DNA of 64,000 bases from Ylistrum balloti (lineage: Eukaryota): contig NW_026782087.1 of NCBI RefSeq assembly GCF_031769215.1, positions 806,001 through 870,000 of the forward strand, given 5' to 3'. The position numbers and the translations under genes were made by a program. A model generated the notes under the pieces. That model did no database searches, was not told the origin of the DNA, and saw only the letters and a list, made by a program, of their open reading frames with translations. Below are positions 38,273 through 51,300 of the stretch, in pieces (position 1 is the first letter of the stretch; each line of letters begins with the position of its first letter).

Positions 38273-38924
38273 AAGTGAACAGTGACAGTGAATGTGTTAG
38301 GGGACCATTGATACCAGACAGATGATAGAACCTTGTTCATTATCAGATATACTTGCAATGTTTTATCAACTTATTACTGAAAACTTCTATACCAGTAACA
38401 TTTTATATTGTAACTCCACTGTTCTGTATTCTCCACACGCAACAGTTGTCCAGCTTGCTGATTTATTCCAGGATCATAGTTAAACACTAAAAAGCACTAT
38501 GGTTCAAACTTATTATTAAAAGGGGGAAGGAATCAACACCAGTCCAATAGGTAGGTAGGTAGGGTCCGTTGGTAATTCAATTGCTGAGGGATGGATACCA
38601 ATGGGTATGCAGGGAGTCACTCAATAAAATTAATGAGACATCATAGGTAGGAGTGAGCTCAATATCAACAACCTTCAACAAATTAAGTAGTAAATTTATT
38701 ACTTTTTTGCCGACCAGTTTCGCCAGGTACAGTTTGTCAGGGAAAAATTACAACAATTTCTTGCCCCTGAAGTACACTCAAAGTGGCCCCCTCACATGAC
38801 ATTATATTGTTTCATTCTGATGGGCATGGAAACTCTAATTACCAAATTATTTTGAAATGTGCAATTATAACAATTATCAAATGTATCATTTTGATTAAAA
38901 TGCAATAATGCTTATCTATATATA

Positions 38925-39385
38925 TTAGTATCTTTCATCTTGGCACTCTGTTCCTCCACTCATGTATCCCAATTCTTTGTAGTTAATCATTTCCCCTTCT
39001 CCTTCAGAAGAATTAGGGACGGAGGCTGTGCTCTCAGAATCACTCAGTTCCAGATCCTTTTTCAGCATCTCCATCACTGTGTCTAGAACCGCTCTTGTTT
39101 TGCTGTGACAGTCAATGATAGATGAACTTTGTGCCTCTGTTGGTCTCCTCAGCGGTTCTGGTCTCTCTGGCTCTTGTCTAAAAATCTCAGGTTTGACATG
39201 GTATCCTGGGTGGTCTGTTTTCATATGTGTGCATCCTTCCTAGTAAACGACTTCCTTCATATCTTGCACTTGTACCATGTGGCATAAGTTATGTGTGCAT
39301 GACAGGCATGTTTCCTTAAATTCTTTCGGCTTACATACAATTGACCACATTGTATACAAGGTATCCTTAGGTTCACTTTTTCCAT
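38925..39385 (-). pseudogene. Disrupted ORF with two C2H2-type zinc fingers
   Basis: MEKVNLRIPCIQCGQLYVSRKNLRKHACHAH...YKCKI*RKSFTRKDAH, then a frameshift into MKTDHPGY... (ORF 39224-38925). A TGA sits at the second Cys of finger 2. Confidence 0.6.
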
Positions 39386-39413
39386 CTTCCATGGCATGGT
39401 TTTAACTATTATG

Positions 39414-39830
39414 CTATGATATGATGTTCATTCCCCACGACTGCTCGGTGTTCAATGTTAGAATCCATGTTCCCTCAGTTTGTAGCCTATTGTTGACGTC
39501 GCTGACGCCCATTGTTATGCCAACAACCTTGACGTCATTGACAGTATTCTCAGGTAACGTGAAATGTACTGCTACTGGTTTATACTTATCTTTGTTTCGT
39601 ATATGGTAAAAATGCCCTCTGATTCTGACGTTTAAAGTGTTAGAAGTTTGTCCAACATATTGGACCTCCCACTTGTTATGCATTATCAAATGTACTGTGT
39701 TGACACTTTGACAGTTTATGTGACCTGGTATACTGTTGTACTGTGTTGACACTTTGACAGTTTATGTGACCTGGTATACTGTTGTACTGTGTTGACACTT
39801 AGTTTATGTGACCTGGTATACTGTATTCCT
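39414..39830 (-). mobile_element. Decayed Penelope-like element fragment (C-terminal GIY-YIG endonuclease)
   Basis: INCQSVNTVHLIMHNKWEVQYVGQTSNTLNVRIRGH...PVAVHF...RLQTEGTWILTLNT...GMNI matches the PLE endonuclease pattern (YVGQT, R..H, HF, E.xWI..L.T, GxN). The CxxC is degenerate. A 46-bp unit is repeated three times at its 5' end (39695-39830). Confidence 0.8.
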
Positions 39831-42650
39831 TCCCTGTGGTATGACTTTTGAATTGTTGACTCGGCATCATACGTGGACACATTTTACAATTTTCCTTATA
39901 AGGATGACTGCCACTTTGTACTTTGATTTGTCTTATATTGTACTGACCAATATGTTTCTAATTGATTTTTGGAACAGTGTATACAACTCTAATCAATGTG
40001 GTAATACTTACTTCTTAATTTGTTGAAGGTGGTTAATGTTGAGATCACTCCTACCTATGAAAACTTAATACTAGATATAATCAGGACACAGAATTGAGCT
40101 TCAGAATCTTTTTAATATGTACTACCTTCATGAATTAAGTCTTGTTGTTCATACCCAGTAATAATGCAATGTTGGTCTCACCAGAATGACTCCTTGTGTT
40201 CACCTTTCATTATCATATCAACTGCAAGTGAGTCAGTTTTCATAGGAAGATGAAAGGTAGACCAATCGCTCTAAGAAAATGGTCACCAAGTAGTTATATG
40301 TGAAATTGATATCACATGTTTGGGCTGTAATCTCTAACCTGATGATTAACAAATGGGCTTAACTGAGCATTAATGTTATTGTCTGATTTGTGTATTCCAG
40401 GAACAGCTAACACAAGGTGTCATTCTGATCAGACTATGTGTCTACTGTAGATCTTAATTGTTGATCAAACACAACTGCACTTCAATTAATCTATTGATGA
40501 CTTCCAGTTTGTGGTTTACCAGGCTATGTATTACTACATGAATTCTGTTGTATTTTTTTATGAAGCATTAGCCACTTATTTTGGAAGAAATCATGGTACG
40601 AACTTTTCCAAATTTACATATATACGTACATAACCTATGAGACCGTATAGATAAATCCTGGTCAATATTTTGTGTAAGTCGAGGTGAAAATGGGTGACTC
40701 CATATCCCAAAAAATGTCGATAAATTCCTATCAAATACATATTTTCCAAATGCTACTTCATTCCTCTGTCAAAAGTGACAAATATTTACAGGTAAAATGG
40801 CTTGATAGACAGTCTCTCCACTGCTGTAAACAAGATATACACATGCTCACTATCGTTTCTTTGATATGACTGTGGTTTTAACACTGAATGACAAATGGTG
40901 AGGAAATTGTATTGATGTGTAAAGAGGCTTAATGTGTTACTCTTTTTTAATCGTTGGTGATGTTAAAAACTAAGCTATTTTAGTTTTTATTAAGGTTGGT
41001 CTTCAACATTTGTCGATATGAATAATTACATATACTTAGCAATCAAGTGTGTTCAAGATTATTGAATAAGTCAGAAATAATTGACACGTCTTGGAATAAG
41101 AAATGCCATTGTACCATTGTTTCCTAGACTAAAGATACAGGTAGTTCCTGTATAAAACTGATATTAGACGAGTAAAAGAATGGGGGGAGGGGGGAATGTT
41201 TTATTCAACTTATTGATGTTGTGCAATAAGTAGTTGCATTATCACTTTATATTTAAAGTTGTAGTTTTGAATGAGAGAGATTAGATTGTAAATCTACATG
41301 GTTGATGAAGCAAGAAAGTGGTGAGGCATGCAAGAACATTGTACATGTAGAAACATTGTTTTAACATGGGTGTGTAATGAAAATAAAATAAATTATAAAC
41401 ATGAGTGTTTATTTGGTATCTGTAACATCAGTCTGATGTCACAATATCTTACTGCTGTGTTCATCCTAACAAGTTCACTGCATGCTAAACAAACACCGCA
41501 GGGAGGCACTCCATTCATGCAATCCATGTGATACCTGGATATATTTCTTTTTTAAAAAAACCCAAAAGGTGTGAACTTTTACAACTTATACAAAACCTCA
41601 GTTTTTAACCCACTGTTACCAGATGATGGGCTGTTAAGTTCATCCTGCACCTGTAGTCCGCCTGATGTCAGTCCTAAAACAATGTTGAAGTAGGTGGCTA
41701 TTGTGAATTTTCCTACTGAAAGTTTATTATCACTATTTCTTCAGAAGTACTGGATGAGTCAAATTTTATATGTAGGTTTCCTTTGGTCCCTATTTGTACC
41801 CTTTTGATTTTGGGACTGATTAGGGAAAAAAATGGCAAACGGACAGCTTAAATTTTCACTATGAAAATTTTTTATCACTACTTGAATATCTGGTTAGAAA
41901 AAAAAAATGGCAAACATAAGGCCATCTTGAATTTTTACTATGAAAGTGTGTTATTGTTATTGTTATTGTTATTGCTTTTGAAAATCTATTTTCATACTGA
42001 TTAACTTATTTCACCAATTTTTTTTTTTTTTTTTTGCTGTTCATCCTAATTCAAAATAACAAAAAACACCAGGTAGGTCTAGGTTGGGGCAGAGGCGGGG
42101 GGTCACTTTACCGTTATGTACTGAGGAACATGATTAAGTTAACTACTAAAAAATAAGTGAAGAAACAGCAATTGAAAACAAAATATAAAGTGGCTTCACT
42201 TTACCATGGGCTTCAATTTATCATACTTCACCAGTACTTTTTTTCAGGTTACTGATGTGACACTTATTTTGTGAACTGAATCTGAATCACGTATTATTGA
42301 TATAAGAAAAAAAGACATGATAATTGCATAGTCCAAATAATGTTAACATATAGCTTGGATGACCAGCAGATTACTTCTAGGTATATAGTACTACATGTAC
42401 TAAAACTGCTCAGTAGGATTATGATCATAACCAAATTATGTTGATAATCCTGTGTAAATTTCACTGATCTTTAATCTCTCCAATAGGATTACAGATTACC
42501 TCTAGTCAAAAAGGCAGTAGTAGATCAGGATTGTTAGTACCTTGGTGAATAGTGAAAAGTTTTACTAGTGTGTGTAACATACAGGCCACATACAGCGTCC
42601 AAAGATGTTGTTATTTATTGCAATGTATAATAACAGAATCAAGCCTTATC

Positions 42651-45586
42651 ATGGATAGTTGTGAACCTCCACTTTTCAATAATCTTCTTAAACTGTGTGA
42701 CACTAAAGATGAAGATACTTCATCAAGTAAAGTTCCAAGGAGAGGGAATCCGAGCAGTTTGGATGGATCATATTGTGCTTCCTGTTTGAGACTATGGAGG
42801 GATAGCAGATACTACAGTTGGGGTTCTTTATACACACGCTCCTCCCTTTGTGCAGAATGTCAAAAAGGTAGGGCTAGACAGGACTACATCAGTTACTGGG
42901 GCTGCTCCCAATACAGAGTTGGATCATGGAGACTGCGACAAAAATGGATGAATCCAGATTTTGGATGGATGTTTACAAGTCGAACAGAAGCACAGAAGTC
43001 AACGGATAAAATATCAAAGTCAGAACTGAGCACAGAAAGGTCATGGTCCAAGGATTTTACAACAAGGTCATACTGTTCAATATCAAGGTCAGAATTAAGT
43101 GCAAGATCAGAGGTATTAACACCAAGGTCACCTGATTCCATCACATGGTCAAAATCAAGCCCAAGGTCACAGGAGATTACTCCAAGGTCACAGCCAGACC
43201 TATTTACAGGAAATCATATAATCACAAAGTCAAGCTCTGCTAGTAATACTGGCCAAGGTAAAGAAAGTGAAAACTATGACAACGCAGACATTTCTGTTGA
43301 TTCTCGTGCAAGTTGCAGTTCTCCGAAACTTCCACAAGAGAGACGTCAACGAAGTAAGAGTCCATGTCTACAAAAAGTAGATGTAGCATCAAGGAAACAA
43401 ATGTTTGAGCATTCAAACAAGCAATCAGGAAAGATGGCATCTGGTCATGCTATCAAGAATGAACCAACTGTAGATGACGGTAGGATAGACATACCAAAGC
43501 TAAATCTGGATGATTTGGACATCCCTTACAACAGTCCTGTGTACCACTTTCCTCTGACACCAAAACACATACCAACTGTTGCAAGGCCTAACCGCTGGGT
43601 TGGATAGTGAGTGTTGTTTTTAACCCCCATGGTATCAGTGTTGGTTACGTATATAAATGCAGATAGACGAATGTATCTTGTATGTTAGCAACCCAAAGTA
43701 TTATATTTGGCAAGGTCAAAGTCACCTTAGCTGGAGGTCAGATCTGATGCAAAAGCATTATCATTGTGGTATATTTAAGGTAGGTATGTTTTCCTGAATG
43801 GCATACTGATTTCTGGATTTTTTGGATGAATTTTAGCTCTTTGTGTTTTTAAATTTTCCAAGTAGATCTGGGGATCTTCTGTTCTTCAACGCTTTAACAT
43901 AAGTTTTGCTTTGTTGAGTTGTATTTCAACTGTCTTGAAGAGTTGTCTTCTAATTTGCCTCTCTCTGTTCCATATCAATCTTGTAGAAATTCTAGCCACA
44001 TTGCAGCATTGAAGAATTCTGTGCATGCTATATTAGACATTGTGATTGGGTAAATTATTGTTACATTTCCAAATCCGTTTTGTATTTTGATTCAATAATA
44101 ACATAGGACGAGCCAATATTGTTCTTTCCTATAGGTAATTAGCCTAATGAATCCGAATTCTATTCTCAGTGGTTACTTCGTTGGGACGGCAGAGCTGACT
44201 AGTGACACTGGACATCTGCTGTGGGTTCGTCCACGTGGCGAGTTGCATGTTATCTTCAAATATGCAGACACTGGACAGGATTTCATGTAAGTTATATGAT
44301 CAAGAAACAATATAACATTTCTACATTAGTAAAACCATACACAAGGCAAATTAAAAGCATTGAATCAACACCCACTAGACTGCTACACGTAGAGTATTAC
44401 AACAGTACAGCTGTCACAATTAGCTGATTCTGCGTTGGCCTATGTAACCTCAGATGGAGGTGAGAGGTGTGTAGTTCAACACTCCCTACAGTTGGCAGGT
44501 TGTGTTTCTCAGGAAGCTGAGTTACAGACTGATCTGTGCTGACATGGTTGTGTCTGAAGGGGAGACACTTTACCCAAATGGCTCTAGATAGAATTCAGTG
44601 TATTTCCTATATATTGTTTAGTGAATTAGCAACCTGTTACTACAAGGAGACCAAGTCTCAAAACGACCTTGGCTATTAATGAAGTGATACACCTAGCTAA
44701 CAGACAAAAAATCCTTGATATTTGGGCAATACACCTAGCTATCAGACAAAAAATCCTTGATATCTGGGCAATACACCTAGCTAACAGACAAAAAATCCTT
44801 GATGTCTGGGCGATACACCTTGCAAACAGACAAAAAATCCTTGATATCTGGGCAATACACCTAGCTAACAGACAAAAAATTCTTGATATCTGGGCAATAC
44901 ACCTAGCTAACAGACAATAAATCCTTGATATCTGGGCTATACACCTCGCTAACAGACAATAAATTCTTGATATCTGGGCGATACACCTAGCTAACAGACA
45001 AAAAATCCTTGATATCTGGGCGATACACCTAGCTAACAGACAAAAAATCCTTGATATCTGGGCTATACACCTAGCTAACAGACAATAAATCCTTGATATC
45101 TGGGCGATACACCTAGCTAACAGACAATAAATCCTTGATATCTGGTAAACTCGTAAATTAGTCTGGTATATGTTGATATCTGTCACTTTTGAAGAGCTGC
45201 AATCATTTCATGCATAAACAAATACAGAATTTGAACAAAAGAGAGTTAAATTTTGTATTTTTGTGAATTTCCATGTAACCTGCATGTTTGTACTACTGCT
45301 TGATCGACAATGATTTTTCAGGTGTTTTATTGATCCCCAGTATACTGGTGTCAGACTTTGCCAGAGAAAGCCAGACGGAGAGTTAACAGTTATTCTTGAT
45401 GGAAGAGAAAGTCCACAATACAACAACAGTTGTCAGCGTGTGTCGTCTGTGACTAGGTATCCACCACAACACAACTTTAAACTCGTGTCTTATCTGGGAA
45501 GGATCGAGCTGCTACTTCAGGCCAATAAAGACAATACTTTACCAACTGCTCAAAGATTTAAAATCAACTTTACAATGACTTTGTAA
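42651..45586 (+). CDS. Uncharacterised three-exon protein, about 445 aa
   Basis: Exons 42651-43606, 44170-44286, 45322-45586. Donors gtgagt and gtaagt; acceptors ttctcag and tttttcag; phases 2/2 join into one open frame of 1338 nt. An additional upstream exon is possible via the acceptor at 42635-42636. Confidence 0.7.
44687..45145. repeat. 42-bp tandem repeat, about 11 copies, in intron 2 of the uncharacterised gene
   Basis: Unit atacacctagctaacagacaaaaaatccttgatatctgggca. Confidence 0.95.
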
Positions 45587-47319
45587 TATATTTCTTTCAA
45601 GTATACATACATGTTGTTTGAAGAAGATCAGGTTATCTCAGAATGGGATTTTCATGATGTATCCAGTCACAGGGCACCAATTCTCTATGCTTGTTCCATA
45701 TATATATTAGTTACACTGTGTACATATATATGGACCGTGGGTTGAGAACTTGTGCCATGTCACTGTGTACTGGGTGAAGACCTACGTTAATGGAAGAACC
45801 AGGCTAATATCTATTTACTGACAATAAATATGTGTACATATGGAGTTTCTGGAGTTTTTCATACTAATATCTTTTTCTCCAGTGTAAATACTGATGTTTG
45901 CTGAAACCTACTGCCATATGCTGTGTAGGAATTTAAATATTCGTATTACACAGGTAATTGATTTTACTAAATAGACTGTAAAGTGTGTTTTAGAATATCA
46001 TAAAACCTGTTATTAAATGAAAAGAGATGAAAAGCAAGATAATGTTAAGGATAAATGCATTTTGAAACATTTAAAATTAACATGAACCAATACTTGTACC
46101 TATACCTTAATAGATGTATAATATATAACTGTTGTAAACACAGTCACGCCAGACTTCAGATAATTTCTACTTTCACTTTTAGTTTTGTTTCTAAGAAACA
46201 GGTTTACTGAAGGAAGAATTGATTATTGTAATAAAATATTCAGTTAGGTTTACATATAATATTAATCATCATCATTTTAATTAATTCAATAATAAATTAA
46301 TTAAACTACTAAATAACTTGGTAAATCAATAATTTCTGTACAGTAAAACACCAGTAAATACTATACAAGGTCATGTCTATTCAGAGACAAGGATGTTCAC
46401 ATAATAACATCGAAACTGGCATTTGTTATGGCACTTTATTTTCTATAAACATTTAAAATTCTTTCAAGTAAATAGCACTTACAAAATCATTCAATTTGGT
46501 GAAATCAACATTTAATAAATCATTTGGATAATGACAATATTCAAAATTGTAAAGTCAATCAACCATGAAATAAAAAAAAAACAACCATATAAGGAATATG
46601 GAAATGTAATAAGCATGGCCTTTTTGTCATCAAGTGGCAGCTAATATAGTGGACAGCAGTCATCTGGTAGCCCAATGTATATACATAATGCTTTATTGCA
46701 CAGTAAGGTGAAACATGCTTGATAATCAAAACTGGTTTTTCCTATCCATTTTATCCTATTACTCCCAATTTAGGCCTCAATTTTTACAAACATGTTCCTC
46801 TTGCAATCAAATATCTCCACTTTAATGTAATATGATTGACTCTTAACAACAAAGACTACTAGAATGCCTGTTTAAGATGATGGGAAGAAGGTCATAAGTA
46901 CAGCTATCATATTTCAGTGTCACTTAAACAGCAAGCAATAACTACAATATTTTTTTTCTTCTTAATTTTGTAAGGTCTTATTATTTTCTTTTTCTATCTA
47001 AATAGGAAATTAGTTTGAACTGGTACGAGTTATCATGTTATATGTATTTACACAAAATGCAGCCCGTTGAAAGGTTGAAATAAAGACTTGTAAATCACAA
47101 TATAGTAACTCATTAGCATTCTGTGTATGTGCTTTCAGCAAAACAGAAAAAAAAACAGAATAAAAGAATGTTTACAATTGATAAAAAAAATACTATAATT
47201 CATTCATGTCTATGAACTTTGTAAACGGCCTGCGTTATGAGTAACATAATATTGCCTATGCAAATAGATGTGATATAAAACTTGAAGAAATTTACATTTT
47301 TACCTTGCTTGTGAAAAGA

Positions 47320-47522
47320 TATTTTGAAATCTGTTTTAAATTTCTAAATATATTTTGAAATCTGTTTTAAATTTCTAAATATATTTTGAAATCTGTTTTA
47401 AATTTCTAAATATATTTTGAAATCTGTTTTAAATTTCTAAATATATTTTGAAATCTGTTTTAAATTTCTAAATATATTTTGAAATCTGTTTTAAATTTCT
47501 AAATATATTTTGAAATCTGTTC
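47320..47522. repeat. 31-bp AT-rich tandem repeat, about 6.5 copies
   Basis: Unit atattttgaaatctgttttaaatttctaaat. Confidence 0.95.
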
Positions 47523-48390
47523 TTAAGAGTCATTGGACTAGATTACACACTTAGTATACACTGTATAGGAAATGTTTGATATAAACCTGTTAAGATGAGA
47601 AATCAACATCGGTAAACTCCTCTAGAATCATGGCGATGTGGGTTTATTATCATTATTATGATTTCATTTCTATTTATAAATGTGCTTAAAGCAAATTATT
47701 AACTATTCCTAAAAAAAAAATAAAATAAAATAGAGTTTTGGTTAATTATCATAAATTTTATGTTCAAGGTTTCTTATTTTTTCAGAATTTATTCCACTTT
47801 TAAGAATATGGAAAAGTCCAAAACTCAAAAACAGCCAATTTTACAGTGTATGAGACTGAAACAAAAAGGCTCTGTAGCACTTGTGTGATAACAAATCAAC
47901 AATTGTCTACAGCAAATCAGACACCAAGGCTTTACTTTTGTATTCAGAACTTGATAAAACACCGATATTGCTAAAGAATGTCAGGTTGACTCCGACAGTA
48001 CCAGTCATTACCATGAAAACGTTCCCATTCACTTCTTTTGGAGGAGACACTTTTCATAGCTTTAGAAAGCAGTCTTACAAGTAAAGCAAAAAAAACATGC
48101 AAAAAAAATTATTATATTTAAACAAAGAAAGGAATTATTAGCAGACACCAGTAATGTTTAAAATAAATCTCTGTACATGCAGTGCATTGAGCAACACAAT
48201 GTATCGGTTGTAAGATATCACATTTTGGATGTCCCAATCACAATTCAGTCATATCAATTTATCATTTGAAAATGTCTACAGAATGACAAAAGACATCAGG
48301 TTAGTCAAACCAGCAAAATCTGAATGTCTAAAGTCATTTTTGACATAGGATTAAGACCTAACATAGGGAAGGCTTGAGATAATTTACATG

Positions 48391-51300
48391 CTAGGACAGT
48401 TTGTCAGAGAAAGAGATCACAGCCCAATTTCCATTGATCATCCACTTCTCATCCTTGGCCTTGACTTCATCTGCCTGACCGTCCCTCAGCCCCGTCACTG
48501 TGTCACACTTTAGGGTCCTTAGAGTACACAGAGGAGCAGGCTGGAAACCCCTCAGACTCACATGGAATGGTGTAGTGAATGGCCAGGCAAGATCTCCTAC
48601 CAGCTTTCTGTAGTTTAAATCCCCTTTGAGAAATAAAAAATCGCTTATGGCCAGCCGTGCATGGAGATCTGGACAACGTGTTTCCATTTCATTAAACGGA
48701 AAAGACAAAGTCCAAAAGTCATCCACACTAACTTGCCAGGTTTTATCCTCTAAGTATTGCTTCCATATATTGGCAAACTTGGACATGTGTGTATTATTTG
48801 AGGCGCATAGCTGATTGATTGTCCAATTGAAATCATAGGTAGTCACATCTGAAACAAACCATGGCATTGCTTTCACATGGAAGCAGATCTTCGATGCTAG
48901 ACTTGAAGCGATGAGAAATTCAGCAAAACAAAGATCTGTCATCAATTCAAACCCTGCATTATCCAGAATGATGTCAACACAGGCAGGATGACCTTTAGTG
49001 ACCTTGATTCGTTGTAGGCAAGTTAACACTGCTTCTGAGTTGTCTACTAGGATGTTAGGTTCAAACATTTGTAGCTGATCAAGAGGTGAGGATGTCTGTG
49101 CCACATCTTGACCAGCAGATATGGACAGGTCACATTTGTTCCCCCACAAAGATACCTGTAAGTAGAAAAAACACTCAGTAAATCAAAGTCAAATGTTCAA
49201 ACTGAGTTGGATTCCCAACAATGACACCAATAAATGAAACTTTTTTAATCAGCATCAAGAACATTAGCTTTTTATACGCCTGTCGAAAGACGGACGTATT
49301 ATGGTATGGCGCTGTCCGTCCGTCCGGCATAAACTTTTATTTGTCTGGAGATCTCCTCCTACATTTTTCAGCCAATCTTTATGACACTTGGTAGGCTTAA
49401 TCACCATGATATGAAATTGTGTTTTCCTGAACAGGGTTTTGATCAGACGATTTGAATAAGAGTTATGCTGTTTTGGATATTCACGGGCGTATTTTGTTCC
49501 GCTTTGCGGTACTCTTGTTCTTGTGATAAAATCTGGTAAGGCAGTAATTTAAGGCACATATTCCCCATCCAAGGTTCATATATTATATGTCCCTGTTTAC
49601 ATTGGTAATGTATTTTTTTTCAGGTGGTGAAAACTCGAATGCAACACTCAGATGTGAAGTTGTAATGAATTCCTTCAAATTGTCAAATTTTTAAAATAAT
49701 GAATTAGATTTTTATTGAAAAAATTCAAAATCTATTTGATTTTTTGTTCTTCAGATATAAAGCATTTTAATCCTGGACTGGATTTTGGGACTGGAACCAG
49801 CTTTAGCGTACGATAATCGTTGGCGACATAAAAGAAAGATGGGAGTTGTTGTTAAAGAAAGTGATGGGGAATTTCTACAATGTTCAAGACATAACAACAT
49901 CAACGGCCATTCTGTGTGGACATGGTCATGGGTGCTCTATACCACCAAAAGCATAAATTTCACAATTTCGGGATAGTTATTGAGGTACCAATTAGTGAGG
50001 AGAGGATGTTTCAAACAGACCGGAAATGTCCGCCTAGCCATTTATATATATATATTTCAAAAGTCAGGTCATAACTTGGTCAATACTTGGCCAATCTCAT
50101 TCAAATACTCGTTAGAGAGATAAAAAAAATTCACTTCAAGGTAATGTATGTATTACAAAGATCTCTAGCCCTTTGAATATAAAAAAAAAAATTAAAAACT
50201 AGAAATTGTTAACAATTTGGCGGGCTTTTCACTTCTTTGGCGACAAGTTGACTGGAAGTTGACATTTTTCCTGATAACGATATATGAGAAAGGTTCCTTG
50301 TTTGTAAGTCTCTACAACATATCCAAAGATGAACTTTGAATCTTGAAACGTTAAGGAGATATAACTACATAATAACGAAGAAATACACTTTTTAAAGGTT
50401 CAAACATATTTGACCCCTGTGACCTTGAATGTCAGTCAAGGTTATTCATATTTGCAAGCCTTATAATGTAACATCTGATGATCAATATATCACCAATATT
50501 AGTTCTCTAGACCTTGTGAGACTTGACAAGAAGATTGTTGAACACTGGTACCCTATTTTGTATATTTGAACTTTGACCCCATTAAGAAACCGGAAGTTGA
50601 CATTTTGAGGGAAGTTTTCCTTATGACAATCACTAGGAAGTCTGCACAGAAGGTTTATAATCAATTTTCATCATTGCATGCCTTCTAGAAATTGAGAAAC
50701 TTTCATTTAACGATTTTTAGTTAATTGACATCTGTGACCTTGAAAGTGGGTCAAGGTCATTTATATTATCAAACTTTGTTGTCGGTTACATATCCTTCCT
50801 GTATATGAAATATCAAGCATCTAGACCTTCCAGAACTTGAGAAGAAGTTTTTTCAAAGATTGGTACCCTAAATAGCTCTTTCCCAGTTTTTGCCTTACCG
50901 AAAACCGGAAGTTGAACTTTTAAGGAAGTTTTTCTTATGACAATCAATAGGAAGTGTCTACAGAAGGTTTATAATCAATTTTCATCATTGTGTGCCTTCT
51001 AGAAAGTGAGAAACTGTCATTTAACGAGTTTTACTTAATTGACCTCTGTGACCTTGAAAGTGGGTCAAGGTCATTCATAATATCAAACTTTGTTGCCAGT
51101 TACATATGCTTCTTATATGTGAAATATCAAGCCTCTAGGCCATCCAGAACTAGAGAAGAAGTTTTTCAAAGATTGGTACCCTTAATAGCACTTTTCAACT
51201 TTGACCTCCTACCGCAAACCGGAAGTTGAATTTGAGGTACGTTTCTCTTATATCACTCGACAGGAAATGTCCACAAAATATTTATGTCCAAAGTTGAAGA

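Noticed and set aside
38810-38840. ctgatgggcatggaaac as a hammerhead ribozyme core
   Set aside because: It is not CUGAUGA, has no convincing stems, and is antisense to the PLE fragment.
39255-39262. TGA at a zinc-finger Cys position read as selenocysteine (as in some Naiad PLEs)
   Set aside because: A frameshift follows within about 30 nt, the neighbouring endonuclease is decayed, and I saw no SECIS; simple nonsense decay is more likely.
44626-45186. Repetitive ORFs on both strands (186 aa and 83 aa)
   Set aside because: They are translations of the 42-bp intronic minisatellite, with no splice or start support.
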